A DNA stretch of 64,000 bases. Source: Azolla caroliniana (Eukaryota > Plantae > Polypodiophyta). The stretch covers positions 10,912,001-10,976,000 of the forward strand of contig JBHGNT010000020.1 in assembly GCA_043228905.1 (NCBI GenBank). The letters are read 5' to 3'. The translations under genes and the position numbers were made by a program. Positions 36,072-49,100 of the stretch are shown in pieces. The notes beneath the pieces were generated by a model. It had not been told where the DNA came from, searched no databases, and was given only the letters and a program-made list of their open reading frames with translations. Within the stretch, counting starts at the first letter, position 1. Each line of letters begins with the position of its first letter.

Positions 36072-38009
36072 AGGTTTGTCCTCTTGGAGTTGTGCTCTAT
36101 CATTGGTGATTGTATAAATAGGATATGCATATTACTCATTCAGAAGACATTGCATTTGTTGTTGATATGTAGTATGCATTTGCTTCCTTTGAATTTGAAA
36201 TGTAAAAAGATACAATTTTCATGACTAAAGCAATATGTAAATTTTGATGAACTAATATTTTAGAGTTATGGATGTATTCTCGTATATTGTCCCTAATCGT
36301 CTCTATAAATTCTTGTATAAGCGATATTTTTTAGTTTCCATGATATTGAGGAAGTTATAGTGGCAACCGTTTATTTGTTGGAGCTTCAAAGAAATTTCGT
36401 TGGTACTGTAACAACATACATGAAAGACCCATGATATGATCACACATGGGGAGAGTTATCAAAATCTCTAAATATGAGTGCATCACCTAACTAAGGGTAA
36501 GTTGATGTCTTGCCATAAGATAGCCTTGTTGAATGAAGCATTGTGAGCAAGATTTTATATCCTAGTCCACGAGGATTTACATTCCATCACTTTATTCATT
36601 GAAATTATTATGCCCAATTCGATAGGTGGTATATGTTACAACTTACATGTAAATCAATATGATAATTTCACATCGGAGATGTGTGTGGATCATGCCTTCT
36701 AACTTTATGATCATGCTATTACTATAAATTATAACAACACATCTTTGCCTCATTTCATTTACATTTGTCTTCCTCAAATGAAATTCTTGATCATAAAAAA
36801 CGTTGTCTCAAACATCATTATTTAATGGTATGGTATGCACCATTATGTTGAATTTATATATGGAGATGCCATTGGATATTAAATTAACTTGGAGAGGATT
36901 AATTGGCTGACTAGAAACAATCCTTAACGTTTATGGTCAAGACTCAATACTACACTAATAACAAGCTTCAAATGTCACAATGCATGAATTATGACTTGGT
37001 TTTTCATGATATCTTGATGAAAGTTAGCTACACCAAAAGTCGCAATGCCTAAATTAGGACTAGGTTCCTCATGCTTCATGGAATTTCTGATAATGAAAGT
37101 TGTCTAGTTATGAAACATTTGAATTCTCGACCTCGTTGTTGTAGGTTCGACTCTTAATGTTCATTATTGTCTTTCCTCTTAACTTCTTGTTTGGAGCTCA
37201 AATTCACGATTTGAACATCATGGAGACTTCAAGGTGTTGACACATCGAGCACTTTGATATGTAGATTTGGAATCTGCATTTTGCCAAAGTTAAGGTAATT
37301 TATTGTGTAGATTCACGCTCTGTGCTTAGATTTAAAAAAATTCTATTGCAATCCCTGTTTGTTGGCAATAAGAACTCCTTCCCAGGATCTTGTTAGTTGA
37401 GCAATAACTTTTTGTTAGTTTGACTCACATCAAGATTCAACTCATCCTCGCCACTTCTTTGACAATAACCCTAATCTATCACAAACTCAATGCCAAACAC
37501 TTATGCACACCGCGCTACGTCATCGTTACATAGGGTAAGAGAGATTAATACAAAATAATAGAGAGACGTCCTTGAGTTTCAATGTGGGAACTCTATGAAT
37601 GACGACCATCTTTTTTAGGTTTCCCACATGCCTCATGATTTGTTGCTCTATGGTAACATCAATAATAGTTAGGTCAAACCATAAAGGAAGCGAGGCATGT
37701 GAAACATGAAACAAGATATTGAGAGAGAAAGAACGAATTGTCCTTATGATTTTGTAATGTGTTGTTCACCTTGATTGGAATTAATATGAACTACTGTATT
37801 TATACATGCATGCTTTGGAAGTTTCTAGACCTTTCTAAAGATTTCTAAACTACTCTAAATGTACAAGTATTTGTTACTAACCACATGATGTGTTGAGATG
37901 CATTGATTATGACATAGAAGGTCTTATATATGACATTATCTTCCTTCTAAGATTAACCTTCAAAACTATCTATGACCATTAGAGCGAGAAGCATATTCAA
38001 GAGAAGCAT

Positions 38010-38285
38010 ATTCGAGAGCCGTTAGATTAAGTCTTGATTTGGCTGAAGGTAGTATGATGACTCTACCCATTGTGGAGACCCAGGTGGGGGATGTCATCGC
38101 GTACATTCCCACTAATGTAATTTCTATCACTGATGGACACATATTTCTATTAGCGGATCGTTTTAATGTTGGGATTCAACTAGCAATCAACGTGGGGATT
38201 TTTATTTCTAGAGTGGACTCTATAGCTCAAACCAAAGCAATGAAGCAGGTAGCTGGTAAACCATAATTGTAAATGTCTCAATTTG
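38010..38285 (+). pseudogene. atpA: Nuclear plastid DNA insertion (NUPT): internal fragment of ATP synthase CF1 alpha
   Basis: [51 protein letters not shown]...KAMKQVAGK. Residues follow the plastid form (GEGSMTALPIVETQ, LSADLFNAG) rather than mitochondrial atp1. Degenerate and truncated on both sides. Confidence 0.9.
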
Positions 38286-40049
38286 TGTGGATATTGTTGA
38301 TGAAAATCACAAACTACATTAGTGACGTTCTTTAAATTCTTGGCCAACTCCTATGTTCCTTTCCATAGAATAAGGTATTGAAGTTGTTGACGAAGGAGGC
38401 AAGAGTCGAGTATATTGTCTTGCTCATACTACTCCTAACCATATTTATACATGTTCTTGATAATTGCATGTAGGCAAAAAATATTCCAAATATATACATG
38501 CATGCCCCGATAGTTTCTCAAGCTTTCCAAAGATTTCTAGAATGGTGAAACTACCATTCTAATGGAGATCGACCAAGCTTGATTTAAGCCTTTGTTTGTT
38601 GACAAAGCAGGACGATTGAAGGTGTAAAAGGGAACAGGACGTCAAGCACAAGAAAAATGGAACCAGCCAAAAGATGAATAAGGCGTCCAACTACCTAATA
38701 GAAACGATTGTAATGCGCCATGCTTCCTAGAAATAGGAAGCATGGAGGCCTATACAAACACTGAGTGATTAGAAGAGTAAGGGGGGCTACAAGAGTATTA
38801 TTTTAGGCAAGAAGTGTATATATATAGAGAGAGAGTGCTATATCAACAGTCGATTGGTACTTGTATCTATGTATTCGTAATCGATTATTCTTTCTTGTGG
38901 GGTAACCTTGTGTCTAACGTCTGCTCCAAAGTATATTTTTGTAATCGTGAACCTGTAATCGGTTGTAGTCGATTTGACGGGATATCTGTTACTACGATCC
39001 TTACAAAGTTCTAATAATTGTTTGTATCCCCGAGTGTCGTGTGGATCAAAAGAGCTCAGGTATCCACAGAGAGAGTTATCTAGGAACCCTTGGGGTAAAG
39101 TTACCTCCCTTCTGCCGATAAACCCACCAAAAGAACCATGTAATCCGATGTCATGAAAATTTTCAACAACAGTGCAAAAATCACGTGGAACGAGGAAAAT
39201 CGAGAAGGTGCAATGTGCACACGTATGAAAGGAGTGATAGTTACACATGTATGTTAGCACGTTAATGTGCACATGTGATTTGTGTTTAGGTGTTCATTAC
39301 ACAAAATATAAAAAGAAATCAATCTAAGGCCTAGTGGCATACAACGAGGTGCAAGTAAGGTTTTAAACCTTACACCTCCAAGATAGGAGGCAATTGACAT
39401 ACCATTAGGCTAGGTTGTTTTCTTTAAAGTTTATTTTCTTCATCGTACTTTTCACATGTCACTGCTCATACATGCGAGCTTGAATGAGGGATATGGTCAT
39501 CATGCATCGCATGTGATGCATGAGCGCCAAATGGCAATCATGCATTGCATGCATTTCATGCACCCTCACATGCATCATATGCATGGGGGCATATATATAA
39601 GAAGGAAAGGAAGGGAAAGGAAATCAAGTAATGTATGAAATTAATAGCATAATAATAGTTGTCTCATCGGCAATGTGTCTTGTCTCACAATTTTGAAGTC
39701 AAAGGTTCAAACCGGGAATTGGAATTCCCGTCCATATCTATCTATCTACCATTTAGCTTTAATACTTTCTCTCTTGCGCTAGTCCTTCCAGTCCAGAACA
39801 CTAACGATTCCGCTTCATTGTCTTAAACGATCCTTTCAATCGTCCATCACCACTTGCGGATAGAGGCCGGTGCTTGTCTGCGCACATAGCGATGTTTGGC
39901 ACATGTGTCACGTGCTTCATGACATCTTTGTGGTGCGGTAAATATTTTCTTAATCTTGCTCTCTCTCTCTCTCTCTCTTTTTCTCTCAGTCAACCCACAC
40001 AAGCATCTTCGACAACAAGAACGATCCGATTGTAAACCTAAATGACGGT

Positions 40050-40378
40050 TGTTGAGCGGCAAGCTCAACCGGAGCCGGATCGGCTGAATAAGCTGGAGCC
40101 GGTAAGCGAGACGGATCGGGTGAAACGGATCGGTATTACGGTGAGCAACCGAACCCGCAAGCAGTGGAGGCCGGGTGCAATCCGTAACCGGAAGTCCAAT
40201 TGGAAGCCTAGTATAGGATAGACTACTAGGTAGCTATAGTCTCGTAGTAAGTGTCAGATGCTCGTGTGAGCATTGAAGTACATGGTACTTTTGTCAGTCC
40301 CAAGAGGACTTGTATAAATAGTGCTACTTAGCACAGTGTGTGTACAGAGTCTTGATATAATTTTGAAATTGTGTTCTG

Positions 40379-40415
<37 letters not shown>

Positions 40416-43400
40416 TCTGTTGTTCTCTGTTTTACGCTTCCGCAAACACTCACGTTTACATGGTATCAGAGCGCGAGGGTTGAGAACCTCTGCTGCAGAC
40501 ATTTACTCTTGAGAAGAAAACCCTAACAGGTCGAAAGCAGACACAGTAGAAGACATGGATAGAGGCATGACTACGTCGCTCCCGGTGGAGAAGCTCGACA
40601 GGAGCAACTACGCATCCTGGTCTTACAAGATGCACCAGTACCTACTTGGACATGGGTACTGGAGTTATGTCGAAGGAGTGAATGATGCGGCGCCAGACTC
40701 GGCACACAAGGACTTCCCGGTATGGGAACAGGCAGCAAGCAGGGTGATGTACTGCTTCGCGTCCAGTGTCGGCGATCAGCTGCTCTGCCACATCCGTGAC
40801 GCCAAGACACCGAAGGATGCTTGGGGGAACCTGAAAAAGTTTTTCGCCGCAAGCACCACTGCCCGGAAGCTGCAACTTAGACAGGAGTTGAGCAATGTTC
40901 GACAGAAGAACATGTCCGTGGCAGACTACACGGGCCGGATAAAGGAAATCTGCGACTCGCTCGCCTCTATCAATGTTACCATAGAGGAAGACGAGATGGT
41001 GCAGGTATGTCTCGGAGGCCTGGCGTCCAAGTTCGGAGCGTTCCGGACTGCGGTGTGTACAAGGGAGAATACCCCCTCATTCTTCGACTTACAGTCGATG
41101 CTCCTTGTAGAGGAGAACCACGCCGGTGCATCTACCAGTGCATCCCCGGACAACCAAATGCTGTACACGGGAACGGATCGGCTCCGTGGGTGTGGTGGAA
41201 GAGGTGGGTCGGCACGCAATGGAGGCGGTCGGCAAGAGCAGGAACGAAGGCACTATGAGTGTGCCGACAATAGTTCCGGGACTTCCACAAGCAGGGGGAG
41301 TCAAGGCGGTGGCGGAGGCCGGCAAGACAAATCCGCTACGGAATGCTGGTACTGTGGCAAAAAAGGCCACAGGGAAAGCGAGTGCTGGAGAAAGCGTGCC
41401 GATTCGGACAAATCCGGATCTGGCAAGATCGGTAAGGATGGCCGGCAAAACTCGCACTACGCAAACGGATCAGGAGGATCCGGAACCGGAAAGGCCGATA
41501 AGGGGCCAGCCTTGGTGATGAATCACAAGGCAAACTCAATGAAGAAGACCACTTCCAAAACGGAGGAAGTGTGGTATGTTGATTCCGGTGCGTCGAACCA
41601 CATGACGAGCCACAAAGAGTGGTTCTCCTTTCTGGAGAAACCGGATCAACCAGGAGTAGTCGAAACCGGAGACGACACTCCTCACCCAATCGTGCACGTC
41701 GGAGAAGTCCCTCTAAGCCACGTCGGACAGAAAGGGAAGCTAATGAACGTATTACACGTTCCGACAATCACGAAGAACCTGGTGTCCGTCGGTCAGATTG
41801 TCGACTAGGGTATGCAGGTGCGGTTTACGCACCTCGGGTGCTTCATTGAGGATGAGGGCGAAGTCATTGTGCAAGGGCGCAGAGACGGGAGGATGTTTAT
41901 CCTCAACACCAATGACTTTGGCACTGCTCTGTTTGCGAAACGACAGAAGGTCGAGTCGGACATCGACCTATGGCACAAGCGGATAGGCCACGTCAACTAT
42001 CGGAGGCTTCAAGATCTACAAACGAAACAAGTCGTTTTCGGTTTGCCGAAGTTCAGCGGCCGGAGAGACGAAATTTGTGAAGCCTGCCAACTTGGGAAGC
42101 AACACCGACTTCCATTCCCCACCGAACGGAACCGGAGCCGTAACAAGCTCGATCTCATCCATTTGGATGTATGGGGACCGGCACAAAGTGTAAGCCTTGG
42201 CGGGAGCCGGTACTTCGTCTCCTTCATCGACGACTATACTCGACATACTTGGATCTACCTCATTGAGCGGAAGAGCGAAGTCTTCGACTATTTTCGGAGC
42301 CTCCAGAAGATGGTGGAACGGGAATCGGAGAGGAAGATCAAATGCCTTCGGTCGGATGGCGGAAAGGAATATTTTTCCGGCCAATTCACTAGTTATCTGC
42401 AGCAGAAGGGAATTCAGCGAGAGTTCAGCTGCAGATACACACCGGAGCAAAACAGTGTGGCCAAAAGGAAGAACTGGACACTCGTCGAAGCGGCAAGGAC
42501 AATGCTGGAGGAGAAGAGCATGCCCCAGTTCTACTGGACGAAGGCGGTCCAGACGGCCGTCTACATACAAAACCACATTGGTGACAAGGTGTCAGCTCAT
42601 GAGCTGTATTTCGGGCGCAAGCCGAACTTAAGACACCTTCGGATATTCGGCAGCATAGCGTATGTGCATGTGCCGGATCAGAAGCGGAGAAAGCTGGATG
42701 CAAAATCGGAAAAATGCATCCTAGTCGGCTATGCTCAAGAGCAAAAGGGGTATAAGTGCTATAACCCCCGGACGAAGGAAGTCCGAGTTAGTCGGGATGT
42801 CGAGTTCGATGAATCGGCATCCTGGTACTCCGTACCGACTCCGACTTCCGATCCCGACCCAATGCCGGAAGATCAGGCCAGTGAGCCTGAATCAGCCCTG
42901 GTAGAGGATGATGAAGTCGGGACTCAAGATGAGAGTCCGGAATCGTTACAGTTGAGTGGACCGAACGAGCGACTGAGTCGGTTGGACCGGTCGGATGAAG
43001 AGACGACAAGTGGTGGAGACTCTGCCGTGCTCTCCCCACGCAAGGAACTGAGGAAACTGTTCACGCGCAAAGAGAAGGGGAGGAGGAAGATGCCGGAATT
43101 CGAAACCGGCAACGATGAGTTGGATCGGTGCGTATCCGATTCCGGAAAGGAGAAAGGTGGATCTTCGGCAACGAAGACCGAACTGGCCAAGAAGGGCCTC
43201 AAATCAGGTGACGGTACGTTGCGCCGATCAACCCGCCAGAAGGATCCCGTCATGCGGTACGGGTACAATGAATACATGGCGCATCATTATGCGTACATGA
43301 CTAAGGTGACAGAAGTGCGTGAGCCGGAGAGCTACGCAGAAGCGGCAAAGAACGCAAATTGGCGTGTCGCTATGGACGAAGAAATGCGGGCGCTCGATGC

Positions 43401-45970
43401 CAACGAAACTTGGGACCTAGTTGACCCTCCCCGTCACTGTAAACCGATCGGATGCAAGTGGGTGTACAAGGTCAAGTACAACGCCGACGGTTTTGTTAAC
43501 CGGTACAAAGCCCGGTTAGTGGCGAAGGGATACGCGCAAACCCACGGAATCGACTACGATGAGACCTTCGCTCTTGTGGCGAAGATGACGACGGTTCGTG
43601 TGGTACTGGCGGTTGCTGCGGCAAGGGGGTGGCATCTTCACCAGATGGATGTGAAGAACGCCTTCCTTCAAGGAGAACTTGAAGAAGAAGTCTTTATGAC
43701 TCAGCCCCCCGGATTTCAATTGGAGATGAACAAGTCGGCAGTATGCCGACTGAAGAAGTCGCTTTACGGCTTGAAGCAAGCCCCCCGAACCTGGAACGCG
43801 AAGATCACGCACCAGTTGCGTAAGCTGGGGTTTGCTGTCTCTAAGTCAGACTCTTCGTTGTTCATCCGGCAAGGCTCTGACGGTCCGGTATGTATACTCT
43901 TGTATGTGGATGATTTAGTCATCACCGGACCGGGTCTTCCCGAAATCAACTGCGTCAAGTCCCAGTTGTTGGACGCATTCGAAATGAAGGACCTGGGGGA
44001 CCTTCATTCTTTTCTTGGGATCGAAGTGATCCGGACCCCCGACGGCATATTGCTCTCACAACGACATTACGTGTTGAATATGTTGTATAAGTTCGGCATG
44101 ACGGATTGCCGACCTGTCTCCACACCCCTAGACCAGAACCAAAAGCTCCGTCCCAACTCCGGACCGGCCTGCAATAAGAAACGGTTCCGACAGGTTGTCG
44201 GAAGCCTGATCTACTTAACCATCACCCGACTCGACATTAGCTATCCGGTCGGCATGGTAAGTCAGTTCATGCAGAAGCCGACCGTGGAGCACCTTCAGTG
44301 CGCGCAACGAATATTACGGTATGTCAGCGGCACTAAGGACCGGGGATTGCTATACCGTCGAGGTATACCCGAAGAGCTTGTCGGTTAAACAGATGCTGAC
44401 TGGGCCAGTGATGCGTCTGATCGCCGCTCCACTTCCGGATACATGTTCTCCATAGGTAGCGCGACCGTTGCGTGGAGCAGCAAGAAGCAGCACACAGTGG
44501 CTTTGTCAAGCACTGAGGCTGAGTACCGGGCCGCTACCGTTGCCACTTGTGAAGCCATCTGGCTTCGGCGATTGCTGCGAGACTTGCGGATCGAGGTACC
44601 CACCCCGATCCCGATTTACTGCGATAACATGAGCAGCTTGCAGCTCGCCAGGAACCCTGTGTTCCATGCTCGCACAAAGCACATCGAGGTGCACTACCAC
44701 TTCGTGCGTGAGCGGGTCCTGAGCGGTGAAGTTGACCTACGGTATGTTCATACGAATCGGCAAGTTGCCGACATCTTCACCAAGCCGCTCGGATCGGACA
44801 AGTTGCAACACTTTACCGACATGCTTGGTATTCAGCATCTCGACGTGCCGCACTTGAGGGGGAGAAGCAAGGGCAAAGTCTCTACCGAAACGGGCAAAGG
44901 CCAAAAAATTGTTGAACCCGTCGGTAAGAGGAGAGCCGGAAAAAGAGGAGACAAGAAGATGAAGGAAGTCGAGTCGACGAAGGAAGTCGACACATCCGAA
45001 CAGGTCGGAGCAAGCGGCTGTGAAGAAGAGTTGTGCACTTAGGAAGAGAAGCGCATGCTGTGCGGAGGTCATCACGATGGTACTGACCATGATTCAGAGT
45101 CAAATGAAGAATTCGATTTCGGTTCACCGGCTGAAGAAGCCGAGGGAAGCATGGAGAAGGCCAAGACTCGGAAGTGGTCCGATGTGGTGAGAGGCCTGAA
45201 GCCGGAAGTCGATTCGGAGTGTACCAATTCGGACAAGAGCTGGAACGAGTCGGAGATAGCTGACTCGGATCAACAGATGGATCTGGATGAGTCGGATCGA
45301 CTGAAGGCCAAGGGGACACAGACACAGCGGAAGTCGATGCCATCGTGGGAGAACCGACGGATCGGCAAGCGCCGGAGTCACAACAACGTGAGTGCTGAGA
45401 TGGGCCTATTGAGTAGACATGCCGACCGAGAGGGTCGAGGCGCGCAGAACCAAAGGGGTCGCGGCAAACGGGACCGGACCGGACGAGGAGCGCGAGCAAG
45501 GCGGAGTGACGCCAGGAGAAGTCGGTTGGAAGAACCGACTGCCACAGAGGTCGACACTACGACCCTACCTCAGGTTGAGCTTGAGGGGGAGTGTTGAGCG
45601 GCAAGCTCAACCGGAGCCGGAGTTGGTAAGCGAGACGGATCGGGCGAAACGGATCAGTATGACGGTGAGGAACCAAACCGGCAAGCAGTGGAGGCCGGGT
45701 GCAATCCGTAACCAGAAGTCCAATCGGAAGCCTAGTATAGGATAGACTACTAGGTAGCTATAGTCTCATAGTAAGTGTCAGATGCTCGTGGGAGCATTGA
45801 AGTACATGGTACTTCTGTCAGTCCCAAGAGGACTTGTATAAATAGTGCTACTTAGCACAGTGTGTATACTGAGTCTTGATATAATTTTGAAATTACGTTT
45901 TGCTCTCTCTCTCTCTCTCTCTCTCTGTGTTGTTCTCTGTTTTACGCTTCCGCAAACACTTACGTTTACA
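40050..45970 (+). mobile_element. Near-intact Ty1/Copia LTR retrotransposon (Copia-A)
   Basis: LTRs 40050-40460 and 45592-45970 (TGTTGAG...TTTACA). TSD ACGGT/ATGGT. tRNA-iMet PBS TGGTATCAGAGC at 40461-40472. PPT GAGGGGGAG at 45583-45591. Confidence 0.96.
40555..45042 (+). pseudogene. Copia-A gag-pol polyprotein with two in-frame premature stops (41806, 44386)
   Basis: Gag with CWYCGKKGHRESEC. Protease WYVDSGASNHM. Integrase WHKRIGH..CEACQLGK and LRSDGGKEY. RT HQMDVKNAFL, SLYGLKQAP, LYVDD. RNase H TDADW and [11 protein letters not shown]. All in one frame. Confidence 0.93.
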
Positions 45971-46111
45971 ATGGTCGATTCCTTATAAGCACAAGTCACC
46001 CGATTCATCCTCCTTGGTCAAAGACCCCGATAGTCCCATTTGACCGATCCATAGGCGCGGATTTCCGCGACATAGATTTGGTGAGCCTGACGTGAAGAAC
46101 AACAAGGGAGG

Positions 46112-49100
46112 ATGGCCAGAACTTCGAGTGCTAGAGACTCTAATGATAGTCTAGCACAAGCAATGGCGAGGATGATGGACCAAATGCTTCAGGAGAGAGA
46201 CAACGTCACAGGCCTTGACGTTGTTATTGATAGGATCATGGATACCAACGGATGCTTTGACGGTAGAGATGTGACACGATACCTTAAAACCTACAAAACA
46301 GAAATGCGGAAAAAGGGTATTCCTATGGCAAGACAAGTGACAAGCTTCTCAAGGATTTTAATTTCAAGTCTTTACTCCTGGGTCCTAGAGCTACAAGAGA
46401 CCAATCCTAAATGGTCATCTTTTGAACGAAGTTTACTTGAAGAATATGGTTTTGGTGACTCATCTCGAATGATGAAGAAAGATTAATGGACTGGGTGGAG
46501 TCTTCTAACAAAGAGTTGAGTGCAAGTGCGACGCTCCATGAGTTCGCGCAAAGATTTGATCGTCTGCCTGCACTTGACAAAACGATTCTCGATTCCAACA
46601 AGGTGCTCCTATTTATCAAATCAGTAGACTACTACTAGAAAATGATGAAGGCCTCATTTCTGATTGGGCAGCAGTGAAGAGAGCATGTGGACGTTTTGAT
46701 AAACGTCGACAATGGGACAACCAGACAAGATCGAGTGTTGTGGGTCAGATTGGCCAACAAGCTTATAACGCAAGACAAGAACCACACGCCCAAAGACCGA
46801 GGGATGCTGAAGTGGCTCAGCCCACGGACGAAGCCACAATGGATGAACTTGTAGACATGCTTCGAGAGATAAGAATTTCTCAAATTAGAAAGGAAGAAAC
46901 TCAAAGTCTTCCAGGTCGTCGCATGGACTTTCCTCATAGGTGTATTTGGTGTGACTCTTTGGAACACCAGCGGAGAGATTGCTCAAAATTCCAAAATGCC
47001 CTCCGACGAGATATCATTTATCTCTCAAACAATCGGATTCACTCCTCGGTGACGCAATGTCCTCCCAATACCAACTTCGGCCAAGGAGGTATGAAGAAGT
47101 TGATGGAGGAAATGGAAGAAAACAAAGTGAATAGTGTTCACTATTCCTCATCTTCCAAGATTTGAGCTGGACATGAGACAAGAGCCCAAGAATCTCAAGC
47201 AGGAGAATTTTGGCCAATCATATTGAATCAAGTTGGAAAAGGGAAGCTCTGCATGAACGAGGCACTCAAAGTAGAACGAAGAGTCCAAGCAATGAAGAGA
47301 TGGGAGGACCATGTGGAGGAGAAGTCTAACTTCGTCGAGGCAATGTGTCAAAACTACGACGTCCTAGTTGAAGAGAAACGAAAAAGACTAGATGACCAAT
47401 CAGGCTCTTCAAAGAAACATGACACAAGAGAAGTTGTTTGAAGAAGGGAGGAATCATCACTTCCCCAAACGATAACCGAAAGAGGGAAGGAAAGAATCGG
47501 ACCAACGTTCAAACTACACTCGGAGATAGAGCAATCCAACAACCTTAAGCGTGTGATGGAAGAAAGAATCATGGATAGCCGAATCGAGTTCACACTACAG
47601 GAGGTCTTAGGAATTGCAAAGAAAGAATTTCATGATGTCATCATTGACTTAATAAAAAGGAAGAGACTGACAAGTGAAGAAGGAACCAAACCGGCAAATG
47701 TCTGGACGAGCGCTATCACAACGGAAGGTCTTGAAATTGAACAAGAATTTGCCGATAGCCATTTTGCCAGTCCACATTGGGCTAGGGCCACTACCGAGAC
47801 ACCGGTGCGGATGGGAGACTTGGAAGATTCGGTGGTGGCGCTCATTGATCGTGGCTCGGAGATCAACCTCATGTCTCTTGACTTCTATCGAAAGGGTCAC
47901 TTGCCCATTAATACTAGGCATGGGTGGAAGATTCGAGCAACAACCAAGGCGACAGAAGAGCTCCATGGGGCCTGCCCTAACGTTAACGTAACTATTGGCG
48001 ATGTTGAGCATGATCAACACTTTTTTGTGCAGGAATCAGCGTCACATCCTGTCATCCTTGGCAAGCCTTACATTACAGCATCCCAGATGGAGACAAAGGT
48101 ACTTGATAATGGTTCGACATATGCATGGATATGAAGTCAAGATGGGACGAGCTCGGTTCAATTCCTCACCATACGACCAAACCATGAAAGAAATAGGTAT
48201 AGTTTAGGGAAAGAATCTAGAGAGGATTTATAATTCGGGCTATTAGGGAGAGGGACAACAATAGTCTGGGACATCCAACTATGTCCCCAATCCAGTGTAA
48301 TAAAAGTTGTCACCCTATTAATAAAAAGGAAGCCTTGTTTTCTAAGAATGGAATGTGTAAATTTAGAAACATTACTGGAGGAGATATTAAAATAGAAATC
48401 CTAGAGGAGCAACTTAGAGAAGTCGGGATTATGAATGAGGAAGAGGCAATAAATGGGTACATGGAGATATTATCATTTAATGATACTCTTGGGGAAATGG
48501 AAAAGGTCATCGAATCGAAACTTCAAGTCAACAAAATGATTCCAATAAACTCTGTCGCCTTATACACCGCCATCGACGAATACGAACAAGGTGTCACGAC
48601 AGATGAAGTCGAAGTTAATACCAAATACAAGACTGTGGATAAGAAGGTCAAACCTGTGGCTGCTCCCTTGCCTGAAGATAGTTGGCAGCGAATAAAGGAG
48701 GTAGCGCGAGATCCGTTCCTTAGAGACCCGAAAGGAGTAGGACATGTCTTCACCGACGAAACTCGAAGGAAGCTCAAAATTGGTAGGGGTGAGTTTTTTC
48801 TTCCCAAAGAAGAGTCCAAGTTCCGGGAAATGTTGGAGCAACATGGGAAAACATTTGCCTTTTCCCCACAAGAGATTGGACGTGTTAACCCAACGCTTGT
48901 GGAACCAATGGTTATCTTTACAATACCCCATGTGCCATGGAACTTGAAGCCAATTCCCATTCCAAGAGCTCACATTCCAATATTGCTAGAGTTGTTAAAA
49001 GAAAATATTAGAATGGGAATCCTTGAGCCATCTAATGCGCCTTATTCAAATAGGTGGTTCACAGTGCCGAAGAAGAATGGAGCGCTTTGATTTATCCAAG

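Noticed and set aside
37280-39050. Additional LTR-like segments flanking the atpA fragment
   Set aside because: Composition and TG/CA candidates suggest old LTRs, but no matching TSD or partner copy could be established.
41806-41811. Programmed stop-codon readthrough between Copia-A gag/PR and pol
   Set aside because: Sister Copia-B has Gln (VEQGMQV) at this position, so the TAG is most simply a CAG-to-TAG mutation. The second stop at 44386 replaces the conserved Tyr of GYTDADW.
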